From assembly GCA_002310235.1 (NCBI GenBank), contig DBYO01000035.1, forward strand, positions 418 through 64,417: a stretch of 64,000 nucleotides of DNA. Reading direction: 5' to 3'. The DNA is from Bacteroidales bacterium UBA1184. GTDB lineage: Bacteria > Bacteroidota > Bacteroidia > Bacteroidales > ML635J-15. The position numbers were made by a program, and so were the translations under genes. This document shows positions 7,635 through 18,000 of the stretch, in pieces. The notes under the pieces were generated by a model, which was given only the letters and a program-made list of their open reading frames with translations, did not search any database and was not told where the DNA came from. Positions within the stretch are counted from its first letter, which is position 1, and each line of letters starts with the position of its first letter.

Positions 7635-9470
7635 TCAATTATCCCTAACACACCTTAAACTAAGGAAACTGTCAGGTGGAAGTTTTTCATACCTCAAATC
7701 TGGAGAATAACTCGACAAATAACTATAATAAACATTATCGTTATCATACATTGTTGTACACCAGAAAAATGCATTGTTTCCAAAGCCTGTACTATAAGAT
7801 GTTCCTGCCGGCAACGCATTGAAACCTGTTTCTCCGAAATATCCACTTGACGTAAGGAGACCATCATCCCAAAGGTCTGCCTCTCCAGCCAACTTTGATC
7901 CTACATCGTAATACCTACCGCCAAGCGTATTATTTAGACGCGACCATTCCCCATAACTTGGCACATGCCAGCCATCGGGACAAATGCCCTGAACACCGCT
8001 AGGACTGGTATTGCTAGACTCTGCTCCATCCATAATTGCAGGCCAGTTATATAGATAACCATATTGCTGCACATTAGCAGAACTATCATTAGGATAATAA
8101 CGATATTTTTCTGATGTACTAGTACTGGTACTTAAGGTAGTATTTCCCACGTAGCGCAAATTCTCTGCCATCCATGTTTGCGTACCAATGGTAACGGTGG
8201 CATAGGTATTACCATCGCGCACATCGGTAAACGAACCCTGCGGATATGAAATAGTGTCGTTGCCAATATTACCACCGGATCCGCCACCGCCAGTATCCCC
8301 TCCTCCATTCTGCGACGGCAAATATACAGGTCGTATTGCCATTCCATAAGCCCTACCGTACCACCCTAAAACACATGTGTCGGGATTGTAATACATACAC
8401 ACTGCAGAACTCGGATGTTCTGGATTCAATGAGCTAGTCCAATAATACCCCTGGTCTGCAAGAGGAGTATATTCACTATCATCGTACCTAACATCAAATA
8501 GAGGTAAAAATATCTTGTTGCCATTCGGCCCAATGAAATACATACCGTCCACATAATTTATTGATGACCACTGACGAGTGCAGCTGGTTATCAACTCACT
8601 GAATTCCTCTTGCGTAGGTATTCGCCAGTTCGGGCCAAGTGTTGCGGTTGCAGCATCGTCTGATGCCTCGAGAACCATAAGGGTATCTGTAAATCCATTG
8701 TTTCCGTATTGCGACATATTGCAATATTTGGTCAATGTATTATATGTTCCGTTGCAATAATCATAAATACACCACTCAAACACAGACTTTGTTGCAGTTT
8801 CACCCCACGCGTACGCGTCGCTATAATCATTGGGAATTCTTGAACCTAAATTGCGAGTTGCCCATAGTGTTCCGCTCGGCAGACCAAGGTCAACATATTC
8901 TGGAATTTCCTCCGTATGATCATCACTGCCGCCAAAATTTATGTGGCGAGCCTCCCATTTGCCTGTTCTTTCATTATACACAAGCACATCACCATCCTGC
9001 GGATTCTCTATATCAACATCAAAGTTTACCAGTTTCTGAGCTGTAACTGCATAATTTGACGAAAAAGCATAAAAGCCGCTTGCAATTTCAACGAACCCGA
9101 GACTTGTAAAATCGCCAGCAATATCGGTTTGGTACTCTACCTGCATCCAGTAGTTTCCATTCTGCCACGGAATTTCGTCGAAAGGCACATTTGTTGAGCC
9201 ATTGCAACCACAGGCAAGCACATTACGATTAATCATAAACGACATAAAACCATTCTCGTTGGTAGTGGTCTGATGTATAGCACAATACACAGGTGTACCA
9301 TTCTGTCCACCTTCGTAGAATGTCACACGCACTGTAATGGTTCGGTTTGCTAGCGGCACATTGTCGGAATTGCGCACCGTAGCGGAAAAATTTACTGTCT
9401 GCGGAACCCCCTGCGAAAAAGCAGCGAAAGCTACGACAATTATCATAAAAAAGGAAACCAATCTCTTCAT
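7635..9470 (-). CDS. Secreted surface protein: N-terminal Ig/tail-fibre-like domain + DUF1566-like module + C-terminal FISUMP (Fibrobacter succinogenes major paralogous, TIGR02145-type) domain
   Basis: The track ORF is 7635..9506. I prefer Met13 as the start (MKRLVSFFMIIVVAFAAFSQ signal peptide) because it removes the overlap with the upstream stop at 9490. The middle module reads VDLGLPSGTLWATRNLG..YAWGE..WRIPTQEEFSEL..YWTSS..AIRPV. The C-terminal module reads DVRDGNTYATVTIGTQTWMAENL..YGYLYNW..GICPDGWHVPS..EWSRL..GFNALPAG..LRCVRD. Confidence 0.85.
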   Translation of the reverse strand: MKRLVSFFMIIVVAFAAFSQGVPQTVNFSATVRNSDNVPLANRTITVRVTFYEGGQNGTPVYCAIHQTTTNENGFMSFMINRNVLACGCNGSTNVPFDEIPWQNGNYWMQVEYQTDIAGDFTSLGFVEIASGFYAFSSNYAVTAQKLVNFDVDIENPQDGDVLVYNERTGKWEARHINFGGSDDHTEEIPEYVDLGLPSGTLWATRNLGSRIPNDYSDAYAWGETATKSVFEWCIYDYCNGTYNTLTKYCNMSQYGNNGFTDTLMVLEASDDAATATLGPNWRIPTQEEFSELITSCTRQWSSINYVDGMYFIGPNGNKIFLPLFDVRYDDSEYTPLADQGYYWTSSLNPEHPSSAVCMYYNPDTCVLGWYGRAYGMAIRPVYLPSQNGGGDTGGGGSGGNIGNDTISYPQGSFTDVRDGNTYATVTIGTQTWMAENLRYVGNTTLSTSTSTSEKYRYYPNDSSANVQQYGYLYNWPAIMDGAESSNTSPSGVQGICPDGWHVPSYGEWSRLNNTLGGRYYDVGSKLAGEADLWDDGLLTSSGYFGETGFNALPAGTSYSTGFGNNAFFWCTTMYDNDNVYYSYLSSYSPDLRYEKLPPDSFLSLRCVRDN

Positions 9471-9489
9471 AACCAAAACTTTTTTGCAA

Positions 9490-11319
9490 TTAATTATTAC
9501 GTACACACCTCACACTAAAACCATAATTTTTCGGATAATCCACTTTTTCAAAATTCACATTATCATAACTTATAATCCAATCTCCAGCACGGTCATCGCT
9601 AAACTCAGTTGACGACCAGAAATCGATTGAGTATCCCAATGGCCAATAATTTTCATAGTTACTAGCGAAAGCACCCGCGGCCAACGCATCAAATCCACTA
9701 GAACCAAATTCCGGGACTTGAGTTAAAACCCCTTGTTCCCATACCTCGGAAGCGCTTGCAAGTCGAGAAGCAACATTTTGACCTCCAACTGCAAACTGTA
9801 ACATAGACCATTCTGCATTGCTTGGCAGATGCCAGCCTTCGGGACAAATCCCCTGCACACCGCTAGGCACCGCATTGGAACTTGATTCCCCATTCATAGC
9901 CGCTATCCAGTTATACAGATAACCATAACGACGAACATTATTTTCATCGCCGACAGGATAATACCTATATGCCCTTGTATTACTTGAACTTGTACCCAAA
10001 GCAATATCGCCTTCGTAACGAAGATTTTCTGCCATCCAAGTTTGTTCTCCTATTGTAACGGTAGCATATTCGTTGCCATCGCGGCTATCGACTAAAGTTT
10101 CTCCTGGCACACCATTATGAATCGGTCGAACTCCGTGAGTTGGGTCATATATTGCTCGCACAGGGTAACCCTCTTCTCGCAAACGCGCATTTGCTATTTG
10201 GCAATAACCTGGATACCATTGAAAAGTCCAAGCGTCAGAAGGATAATCATAATCAAGGGAGCTTGTCCAATATTCAGTCCAATCATCATCATAATACAAA
10301 ACAAGATGATCTCTGTAATAATATCCTGCTATTGGAAAAAATATGCTATTGCCATTTGTTCCAGTAAATCTCTTACAATAAACACCATTCACTGTATCAT
10401 CAGAAAAAGTACAGCAAGCCATCAGTTCGTAATAATCTGCTACTGCAGGAGTTCTCCAGTTTGGGCCCCAATTTACGGTGGCAGCATCGTCCGACGGTTC
10501 CAACCAGTTAAGACTGTCAATAAAGCCATTGTACCCCCACTCTGGATATGTGCAATATTTTGTCAAATTATTGCTGTTTGCTTCCTCGCAATAGGCATAA
10601 GTACTCAATTCGTAGTTAGTCTTATTCGATGTTTCGCCCCAAGCATAATAGTTCCCACGCTCCTCAGGCGCACCAGCACCGATATTGCAAGTTGCCCACT
10701 TATTTCCACTCGGCAAACCCAAATCCACAAACTCGCGCACATCTGTAAAAATATTTCCCTGCTCAGTACTTCCACCTTCTATTTCAAAATGAAAAGGCTT
10801 CCATTTGCCAGTAGCACCGTCAAACACTAGCACGTCGCCATCACTTGCTGTCGACACATCTAGTCCGAGCCCATCAATCTTTTCAGCTACAAACGCATAA
10901 TTAGTAACCAATGAATAAAATCCACTTGATAGCTCAATATATCCCAAATCTACAAAATCTTCTGCCATATCGGACTGATATTCTATTTGCATCCAATACG
11001 CACCATCGACCCATGATATTTCATCGAAATCAATGCTTGGAGCGCCATTGCAACCATACGCAAACATATCGCGGTCGAGTCGAAACAATGCATCACCACG
11101 AGAATCTGTAACAGTCTGGTATATAGCACAATATTCGGGATTATCAACATCTGTTTCATAAAACAAAGTTACACGGACATTGACAGCTGTATTTACGATA
11201 GGAGCATCGTATGCATCGCGTATGGTTATGGAAAAGTTGACGGCCTGCGGAACACCCTGCCCCAATGCGAGCAGACTAGACCATATCAACAAACAAATCA
11301 ATGCTACAAAATATCTCAT
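9490..11319 (-). CDS. Tandem paralog of 7635..9470 with the same three-module architecture
   Basis: The 609-aa ORF has a signal peptide (LLALGQGVPQ). Its motifs are collinear with the neighbour: VDLGLPSGNKWATCNIGA..YAWGE; DSRDGNEYATVTIGEQTWMAENL..YGYLYNW..GICPEGWHLPS..GFSVRCVRNN. Confidence 0.88.
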   Translation of the reverse strand: MRYFVALICLLIWSSLLALGQGVPQAVNFSITIRDAYDAPIVNTAVNVRVTLFYETDVDNPEYCAIYQTVTDSRGDALFRLDRDMFAYGCNGAPSIDFDEISWVDGAYWMQIEYQSDMAEDFVDLGYIELSSGFYSLVTNYAFVAEKIDGLGLDVSTASDGDVLVFDGATGKWKPFHFEIEGGSTEQGNIFTDVREFVDLGLPSGNKWATCNIGAGAPEERGNYYAWGETSNKTNYELSTYAYCEEANSNNLTKYCTYPEWGYNGFIDSLNWLEPSDDAATVNWGPNWRTPAVADYYELMACCTFSDDTVNGVYCKRFTGTNGNSIFFPIAGYYYRDHLVLYYDDDWTEYWTSSLDYDYPSDAWTFQWYPGYCQIANARLREEGYPVRAIYDPTHGVRPIHNGVPGETLVDSRDGNEYATVTIGEQTWMAENLRYEGDIALGTSSSNTRAYRYYPVGDENNVRRYGYLYNWIAAMNGESSSNAVPSGVQGICPEGWHLPSNAEWSMLQFAVGGQNVASRLASASEVWEQGVLTQVPEFGSSGFDALAAGAFASNYENYWPLGYSIDFWSSTEFSDDRAGDWIISYDNVNFEKVDYPKNYGFSVRCVRNN

Positions 11320-11327
11320 ACGGCTTA

Positions 11328-11840
11328 TTATCTTTTTATCATTTTTACACTTCCGTTACCTATGCGTATTATATATACGCCCTGCGGCACCTGCGATACA
11401 TCAATTGTAATTTCAGGAGCAAAAGCAGCTATTTGACGGGAAAGCACAAGGCGTCCTCCAGCATCATATATTTCAACAGACTTGTCTCCTTCAAATGTTT
11501 CCACATCACCTATAACAATATTCACGAAATAGTCTGTAGGATTTGGATAAATAGAAATACCGTCCTCCAATACTATTCGACCTTCCTCTATACTTACCTC
11601 ACTATGAAAATCGTCCTCACCGTATTCTGATGTAATAGTCAGCGAACCATTTGCTCCGCTCAACGAAATTCCAAACGATGTCCCCCCTACGGCAGTTACA
11701 TTTTCATTACCGATTACAACCTGCGGAAACGACACGCGTTCCAACGACTGCGAATGCAAATCAAATGACACAACCGCCAAGATTACGACACCAACTATAT
11801 AAACAAACTTATTCTTACTCATATTATAAAATTTACTCAA
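11328..11840 (-). CDS. Small secreted protein with T9SS type A C-terminal sorting domain
   Basis: The 170-aa ORF has an N-terminal signal/TM segment. Its C-terminus reads IYPNPTDYFVNIVIG..VEIYDAGGRLV..IDVSQVPQGVYIIRIG, the Por secretion tail pattern. Its stop lies 8 nt before the next gene's start. Confidence 0.8.
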   Translation of the reverse strand: MSKFYNMSKNKFVYIVGVVILAVVSFDLHSQSLERVSFPQVVIGNENVTAVGGTSFGISLSGANGSLTITSEYGEDDFHSEVSIEEGRIVLEDGISIYPNPTDYFVNIVIGDVETFEGDKSVEIYDAGGRLVLSRQIAAFAPEITIDVSQVPQGVYIIRIGNGSVKMIKR

Positions 11841-11958
11841 CTAATACTTATAATATTCAACAGTCAAAATTAACATTTTTTCACACACAAACAAATTTTT
11901 AAAAATATTTTACAATATGCATTCTTCAAAAAAAATCAACAATTATAAGGTCAAAGAA

Positions 11959-11996
11959 GAGAAGGCTAAAAGTCGAATAAAACCTTTTAGCCTTCT
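11959..11996. terminator. 13-bp-stem hairpin downstream of 12021..13766 (orientation ambiguous)
   Basis: The arms are agaaggctaaaag and cttttagccttct with a 12-nt loop. The clean T-run is on the + strand, and the minus strand has only a T-rich tail. Confidence 0.4.
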
Positions 11997-12020
11997 TTTT
12001 TGTCAATTATTTATTACCAA

Positions 12021-13766
12021 TCATTTCCTCTTCTTCTTGGACTGAACGCAAACAGGACGCACAGAGAACCCGCTGTTACGTAAGGTGCCAGTGATGTTGC
12101 AAACGCCCGAACTGAAGTCAAGGAACTTAGCTAAGCTAGTATACTCTGTGTCAAGCGAACTCGTCCAGTAGTAACCGTTGAAATCGGCTCCGTCGTCATC
12201 GTTATCGTAAAGGTAACCTGCTGCGGGCAGGAAAATACTATTGCCATTGGTTCTGCTGGTGAACAACAATCCTTTTAAACCGTTCTGGGTTGTCCAGGTC
12301 GTATCGCAATTGTCAACAAGTTCCTGCATTTCGTCCAGTGTAGGCATTCTCCAGTTTCCGCCCCAATTAACAGAAGCAGCATCATCACTAGACTCCAATG
12401 TTGTAAGCGTATCTGTATAACCATTTAGTCCGAAACCTTCATCATTGCAATACTTTGTCAGCGTTAGTTCACCGCCATCACAATATTGATATGTTTCCCA
12501 ATCATATGTATCCTTGGTTTCAGTTTCGCCCCAAGCGTAATAATTGCCATACTCGGTAGGAATATTTGCGCCCACATTGGTGCACGCCCACAGTAAGCCG
12601 CTTGGCAAACCTAAATCGACATAGCCATAGCCATCCTTATAGCCTGTTGGATCGCTATAGGCATGTGGCTTGGTAAACTGTCCCACTTCGCTCTCAAGCA
12701 AACCATCGGGAGTCTTTACGTACGCCTTATAATAATAGGTTGTCTGCTCAAGGTTGTACAAATCATACGAGAACAATTGACTAGTCTCGCGACACATTAA
12801 AGTATCGGTAAGCTGAGAATCGCTACCGCCATACACAAAACCACATTCGTACAATTCCGAATTTCCTGCATAATAGGCGCTCAGGGTTACTGTGTCGCCA
12901 TTCCATGAAGGCTCGTTCAGATAAACATAATCCCCTATAAGCGTACCATTACCTGGAATCGTCATACTCACCACAGGACTATGTACAACAGTTGGCACAG
13001 AATCGCCATCATCCATACGCAAAGTTGCAAGTGCCACAACCGAATATTCGGCAGAATCGAGTTCCTGTGCATACAATCGGGCCACAAATATATTGGGGTT
13101 ATTATCTGATGGTTCTGCGTCATATAACAAATAATCGTCATTCCCATCCAGCTGCTGAATATCGGACTCTGTAAGGATACGCTTTGCCCAGAAGCGTTTT
13201 TCTTCCTCGCTCAACTGCCCGCGTTTCAGAGCAAATGCATATTGTTCCAAGCTTTCGGTTCCTTCTATAACTTCGCCGTAAAGCAGAATGCTTCCACCGT
13301 TAATTTCGAGATCAGAATTCACGATAATACGCGGGTAGCCAGACGAGAGCACTATTTCGACATCAAGCGCAGAATTTTCTCCCGACAAATACAGCAGACG
13401 GGTCGGATCTGACATTCCTGACAGCGTATCGCCCTGTATCACAGCCGACACGCCAACCCAGAAGCCTACTTCACGACGTACATATATGATCTCCGAATGC
13501 GCCAGGTCGTTAGAGAACAGTCCGTCACCATCGGCATCGAGAAAACGGCAGTTATAGCCTATGGTATCCTCAGTGCTATAGTAAATTGTAACACGAGCAT
13601 CAAACGATTCGATTGCCGCCTTATTGGCGAACTGACAGTCGCGCTTCAAACCGAGGTTAAGCACTCCTACATTACCATAATCCAACGGATCCTTGCGACA
13701 ACCAACAATCGCAAACACGACAATGGATAATATCGACATTAAAAGTAAAGCTCTCTTCATAAACAC
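12021..13766 (-). CDS. Lipoprotein with C-terminal DUF1566-like module (third member of the local family)
   Basis: The 581-aa ORF has the lipobox VFAIVGC. Its C-terminus reads YVDLGLPSGLLWACTNVGA..YYAWGETE..WRMPTLDEMQEL..NGNSIFLPAAG..YYWTSSL..GFSVRPV. Confidence 0.85.
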   Translation of the reverse strand: MFMKRALLLMSILSIVVFAIVGCRKDPLDYGNVGVLNLGLKRDCQFANKAAIESFDARVTIYYSTEDTIGYNCRFLDADGDGLFSNDLAHSEIIYVRREVGFWVGVSAVIQGDTLSGMSDPTRLLYLSGENSALDVEIVLSSGYPRIIVNSDLEINGGSILLYGEVIEGTESLEQYAFALKRGQLSEEEKRFWAKRILTESDIQQLDGNDDYLLYDAEPSDNNPNIFVARLYAQELDSAEYSVVALATLRMDDGDSVPTVVHSPVVSMTIPGNGTLIGDYVYLNEPSWNGDTVTLSAYYAGNSELYECGFVYGGSDSQLTDTLMCRETSQLFSYDLYNLEQTTYYYKAYVKTPDGLLESEVGQFTKPHAYSDPTGYKDGYGYVDLGLPSGLLWACTNVGANIPTEYGNYYAWGETETKDTYDWETYQYCDGGELTLTKYCNDEGFGLNGYTDTLTTLESSDDAASVNWGGNWRMPTLDEMQELVDNCDTTWTTQNGLKGLLFTSRTNGNSIFLPAAGYLYDNDDDGADFNGYYWTSSLDTEYTSLAKFLDFSSGVCNITGTLRNSGFSVRPVCVQSKKKRK

Positions 13767-14029
13767 CTAACATAAATGAGCCTCAAATATACAATATTTT
13801 TTATGATTTGCCGCTATATATCCACACAGAAAATTATTATTTCACGATAATGCGGAACAGGGAACAGAAAAAAATATGTGCCTGTAATCTCTTAACCAAT
13901 TTAGGTATTACAAATAATGACAGGAGGTTTGTGGATTAAAAATTTAAATACTTAATAATTAACTCATTATCCATTAAACCCTAAAAAATAATAAATATAA
14001 AATCATAATCTCAAATTGTAAATATTACT

Positions 14030-14037
14030 TATCTTTG
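14030..14037 (+). promoter_or_regulatory. -7 box (TAtcTTTG) upstream of the serA-like gene
   Basis: ttatctttg matches TAnnTTTG and ends 50 nt upstream of the ATG at 14088. Confidence 0.45.
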
Positions 14038-14087
14038 CCGAACTTTAAAAGCAGAACAATAATAAAATTTTAAAACACAAGATTGAA

Positions 14088-15011
14088 ATGAAAAAGGTTT
14101 TAGTAGCAACCGACAAACCGTTTGCTAAAGAAGCAGTTGACGGCATCCAGGCAAAGGCAAAAGCCGCTGGATACGAAGTTATTTTACTTGAAAAGTACGG
14201 AACCAAGGACAAACTTTTGGCTGCTGTAGCTAATGTTGACGCAATGATTATCAGAAGCGATGTTGCAGACAAGGAAGTTATCGAAGCTGGTAAGAACCTG
14301 AAGATTATCGTTAGGGCTGGTGCAGGTTTCGACAACATCGACCTCAATGCAGCAACCGCTTGCAATGTAGTTGCAATGAACACTCCTGGTCAGAACTCGA
14401 ATGCAGTTGCAGAACTTGCTATCGGTCTTATGATTATGGCAGCAAGAAACAACTACAATGGCAAGTCGGGTTCGGAAATCCACGGAAAGAAACTCGGTAT
14501 CTACGGTTACGGAAACGTTGGCCGCCTCCTCGGAAAGTACGCTATGGGATTCGGCATGGAAGTAGTTGCATACGACCCATTCCTCACAAAGGAACAAATT
14601 GAATCGACTGGCGCAAAGCAGTGCACCAACCTCGACGACCTGTTTGGCACCTGCCACTACATCTCGCTCCACTGCCCGGCTAACGACGAAACAAAGAAGT
14701 CAATCAACATGAGCAAAATCGGTAAGATGCCTAAGGGTGCAACCCTCATCAACACTGCCCGCAAGGAAGTCATCGACGAAGACGACCTCAAGAAGGTTCT
14801 TGCAGAAAGACCAGACTTCAAGTACATGGCAGACGTTGCTCCAGAATGCGCAGCTGAACTCAGAGAAAACTACGCTGACCGCGTATTCTTCACACCGAAG
14901 AAACTTGGCGCTCAGACCGAAGAAGCAAACGTTAACGCAGGTATCGCAGCAATCAACCAGATCGTTGACTACTTCGAGAACGGAAACGAAAGATTCAGAC
15001 TTAACAAGTAA
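14088..15011 (+). CDS. serA: D-isomer-specific 2-hydroxyacid dehydrogenase, short D-3-phosphoglycerate dehydrogenase type
   Basis: The 307-aa ORF has the NAD fold motif GIYGYGNVGR, plus RAGAGFDNID, INTARKEVIDE and the catalytic-region pattern of the family. Assigning PGDH rather than another 2-hydroxyacid DH is inference. Confidence 0.75.
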   Translation: MKKVLVATDKPFAKEAVDGIQAKAKAAGYEVILLEKYGTKDKLLAAVANVDAMIIRSDVADKEVIEAGKNLKIIVRAGAGFDNIDLNAATACNVVAMNTPGQNSNAVAELAIGLMIMAARNNYNGKSGSEIHGKKLGIYGYGNVGRLLGKYAMGFGMEVVAYDPFLTKEQIESTGAKQCTNLDDLFGTCHYISLHCPANDETKKSINMSKIGKMPKGATLINTARKEVIDEDDLKKVLAERPDFKYMADVAPECAAELRENYADRVFFTPKKLGAQTEEANVNAGIAAINQIVDYFENGNERFRLNK

Positions 15012-15027
15012 GAAATTTCATGCAAAC

Positions 15028-15058
15028 AAAAAAAAGCCGCTTTCGTGCGGCTTTTTTT
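15028..15058. terminator. Bidirectional rho-independent terminator between convergent genes
   Basis: aaaaaaaagccgc-tttcgt-gcggcttttttt: a GC stem flanked by an A-run and a T-run. Confidence 0.85.
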
Positions 15059-15076
15059 ATGCTTATTGATTATTAA

Positions 15077-18000
15077 TTATCGAACCATGTTTACAGTTCC
15101 CTGCTCTCTATGCGAGATACCATATACATCTTCGAACTGGCAATACCACTGGTATATACCATTTTCAAGAACCTTATCTCCCTTTCTCTTGCTACCCATA
15201 TCGGTACCATCCCACGCCCCATCGGAACAAGCATCGCAACTAGCCGACGGATCGAAACGCGTAGTTCTGAAAACCAATTCGCCCCAACGGTCATATACAG
15301 TAAGCAAGAAGTTATTGTTTGTTATACCGTTTCCACAGATGCGGAAGCAATCGTTCAAACCATCGCCATTAGGTGTAAAACTAGTTGGTGCATAGAATGA
15401 GAACTGGTTGTAAACTGTTATAAACCTAGAGGTAGTATCGGTACAATAATGGTCGCTCTGTGCAACGAGAATAACTTCATACTCACCCATTTCGGAGTAG
15501 GTATGTCTTGGGCTCTCGTATGTAGAACTATCCTGGTCGCCAAAGAACCAGAAATATCTATTTGCATCAATTGACCTATTGACAAACAAAACCTCTGCCG
15601 ACAATACCGATACAGACTGCATATCGGCATCAAACAATGCCCTTGGACGAGGATATACATGTACCATGTCGGGAACAGTCTTTTCAATCTCACAACCATA
15701 CTCACTCTGTACTCTCATTGTAACATCATAAGTACCAGGTTTACTATATGTATGGTCAACAACATTCTCCTCCGCATAATCGTTGTCGCCAAACTGCCAC
15801 ATATATTGAGAACCTTCAAGGGTCAACGGAGTGAACGAAACTGTAAGAGGTGCACAACCTTCAACATTAGTAGCAGTAAACAATTCATCAGGATAGCCAT
15901 GTACAAATATCTCTATAGAATCTGTTACAGAAGGTGTTCCACACATATCTGACAGCGAAATGTAGAACATTGTGGTAGAATCGGGGCGTACCGTGAATGG
16001 AGAAGGCACAACTCTGCCATCCTGCAATGTTAATGTATATGGTCCACCGTTACCACCATCAGCCTCAACATATATCAAAGCCTCGTCGCCACGGCATATT
16101 GTGTCGTAGCTAGTAAGTACAGAAGCGATACGCAGATCGGGATTTACGGTAACAGTTACCGGAGCCATTTCGATAGAACATCCATGCGAATCGTAAACCG
16201 TAAGCGTATATGTAGAGGTCTCCTTCGGTGCCACTTCGTACATTGTGCCGTTGTACAACACGCTATCCGACCCCGACCATCTATAATCGTAATATGGGGA
16301 ACCGCCTGTTACAGCTGTAGTAAGAAACGCCGACTGTCCCTTGCATATAGTCCGATTATCTATTGGCAATGCAACCAGAGGTTCGGGTTCTGGAATTACA
16401 AACTCTTCAGTATAACGGCATCCATTGCTATCGTGGACAGTAACGTTATATGCACCAGCAGAAGCAGTGAATATATCGGTTGTATTTCCATTAGGCCACA
16501 AGTATGTATATGGAGGAGTTGCACCATCGACAAATATACGGGCTTCGCCATCGTTACCACCGTTGCACGATACAGAGTCCATCGACCTTGAAATTATAAA
16601 ATCAACTGGCTGAGTGATAACAAAGCTACCAATAACCGAACATCCGATAAGATCGCTGACTGTAACAGTATAAGCGCCACTGCATATTCCATCATATATA
16701 TAGGTGTCGGACGGCCACGTGTACTGTAAAGGTGGCAAACCGCCTCTTAGAGCCAACTCGGCACGACCGTCGCAATGACCATAACACTTAATCTGTCTAA
16801 GCATTATGCTATCGATAACCATTTTGGGACTAACAGTCACAGTCATTGTCTCGACATTGCTTACACAGTTATGATCATCTCTGACATAAGCTGTGTAATG
16901 TGTTGTTGTCGTCAAGAAGTTGGAAATTTCGGCATTTGCTTCGAAATCGCCAGAACCAGTATTCCAATTATAACGGTATGGAGTAGTTCCGCCAAAAGCA
17001 TCCACTCTCACAGGAGTTGGCTCACCCTCACACACGGCATAGTCGGTTGTCATTGTAATAAACAAACGCTCTGGCTGTGTAAGAGCGACAAACCTTTCGT
17101 CGCTACAATTATTTTCATCGACAACTGTCAGGTAATATTCGCCAGCCGACAATCCAACTCTATCAGGCGCACCTAGCCCCATATCAGCCCACATGTAACG
17201 CAATTCTCCAGTACCACCACCAGCAAATACTGATATTGTTCCATCCTGCGACCCATAACAAGTAAGGTTGGTTGATGTTACTGTCTGTATAACCAATTCT
17301 AGCGGCTCGCTGATTACATAGTTATGCTGATCGGTACATCCGTTTGCATCGGTAATTGTAAGTGTATAATTACCAGCACCAGCATTCAAAAGTTCTGTTC
17401 CTGGAGCAGCCCATGAATATGTAATAGGAGCAGTTCCTCCATGGTGTACGACAACTGCCGAACCGCCATTACTATGATAACAAGGATCGTCAACCACAGT
17501 AATAGAATCAATTACAAGCTGTTCGGGATTCAATATCGACACCAATGTATCGGAAGTTATACATCCATTATTTTCTACAGTAAGGGTAACACCATGAGTA
17601 CCAGCAGTCTGCCATGACACTTGATGTGGTCCTAACGGAGTTGCTCCCTGTTGAACAAAAGCACCTTCGAAGCTCCATGTGAAGTTGGCATTGGCATCCA
17701 TGTTTCCAATGTAGGTAATAGAAGTTTCGTCTCCAAAGCATGAAATAGGAGTATATGTAAACGTATTTGTAGGTTGCTGCTGGAAAGTCGTTGTCACTTC
17801 TGCTACATCAACACAATCGTCACGTCCCAAATACTTTTCTGTCCAACGGAAAGTATATGTACCCCATCCATTTACGGTTACTTGGGTATTAGGAGAATTA
17901 GGATTGTTAAACGTTGCGGAATTATTCACATCATCGCCATTTGGATATGCTACAACTGTCCACTCTCCCGTATTTCCGTTCGGCACGTTCTGAGCAGAGA

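Noticed and set aside
9471-9506. N-terminal extension MYVIINCKKVLV of the 623-aa ORF, which overlaps the upstream gene's end
   Set aside because: The second Met gives a canonical signal peptide and removes the 17-nt overlap.
10117-10830. 237-aa + strand ORF
   Set aside because: It is antisense to the 609-aa FISUMP-family gene, and its I/S/C-rich sequence matches no family I recognise.
13767-14087. The 320-nt AT-rich spacer upstream of serA considered as a riboswitch or ncRNA
   Set aside because: I could not recognise any conserved riboswitch core or stable structure by eye. It is most simply a divergent promoter region.
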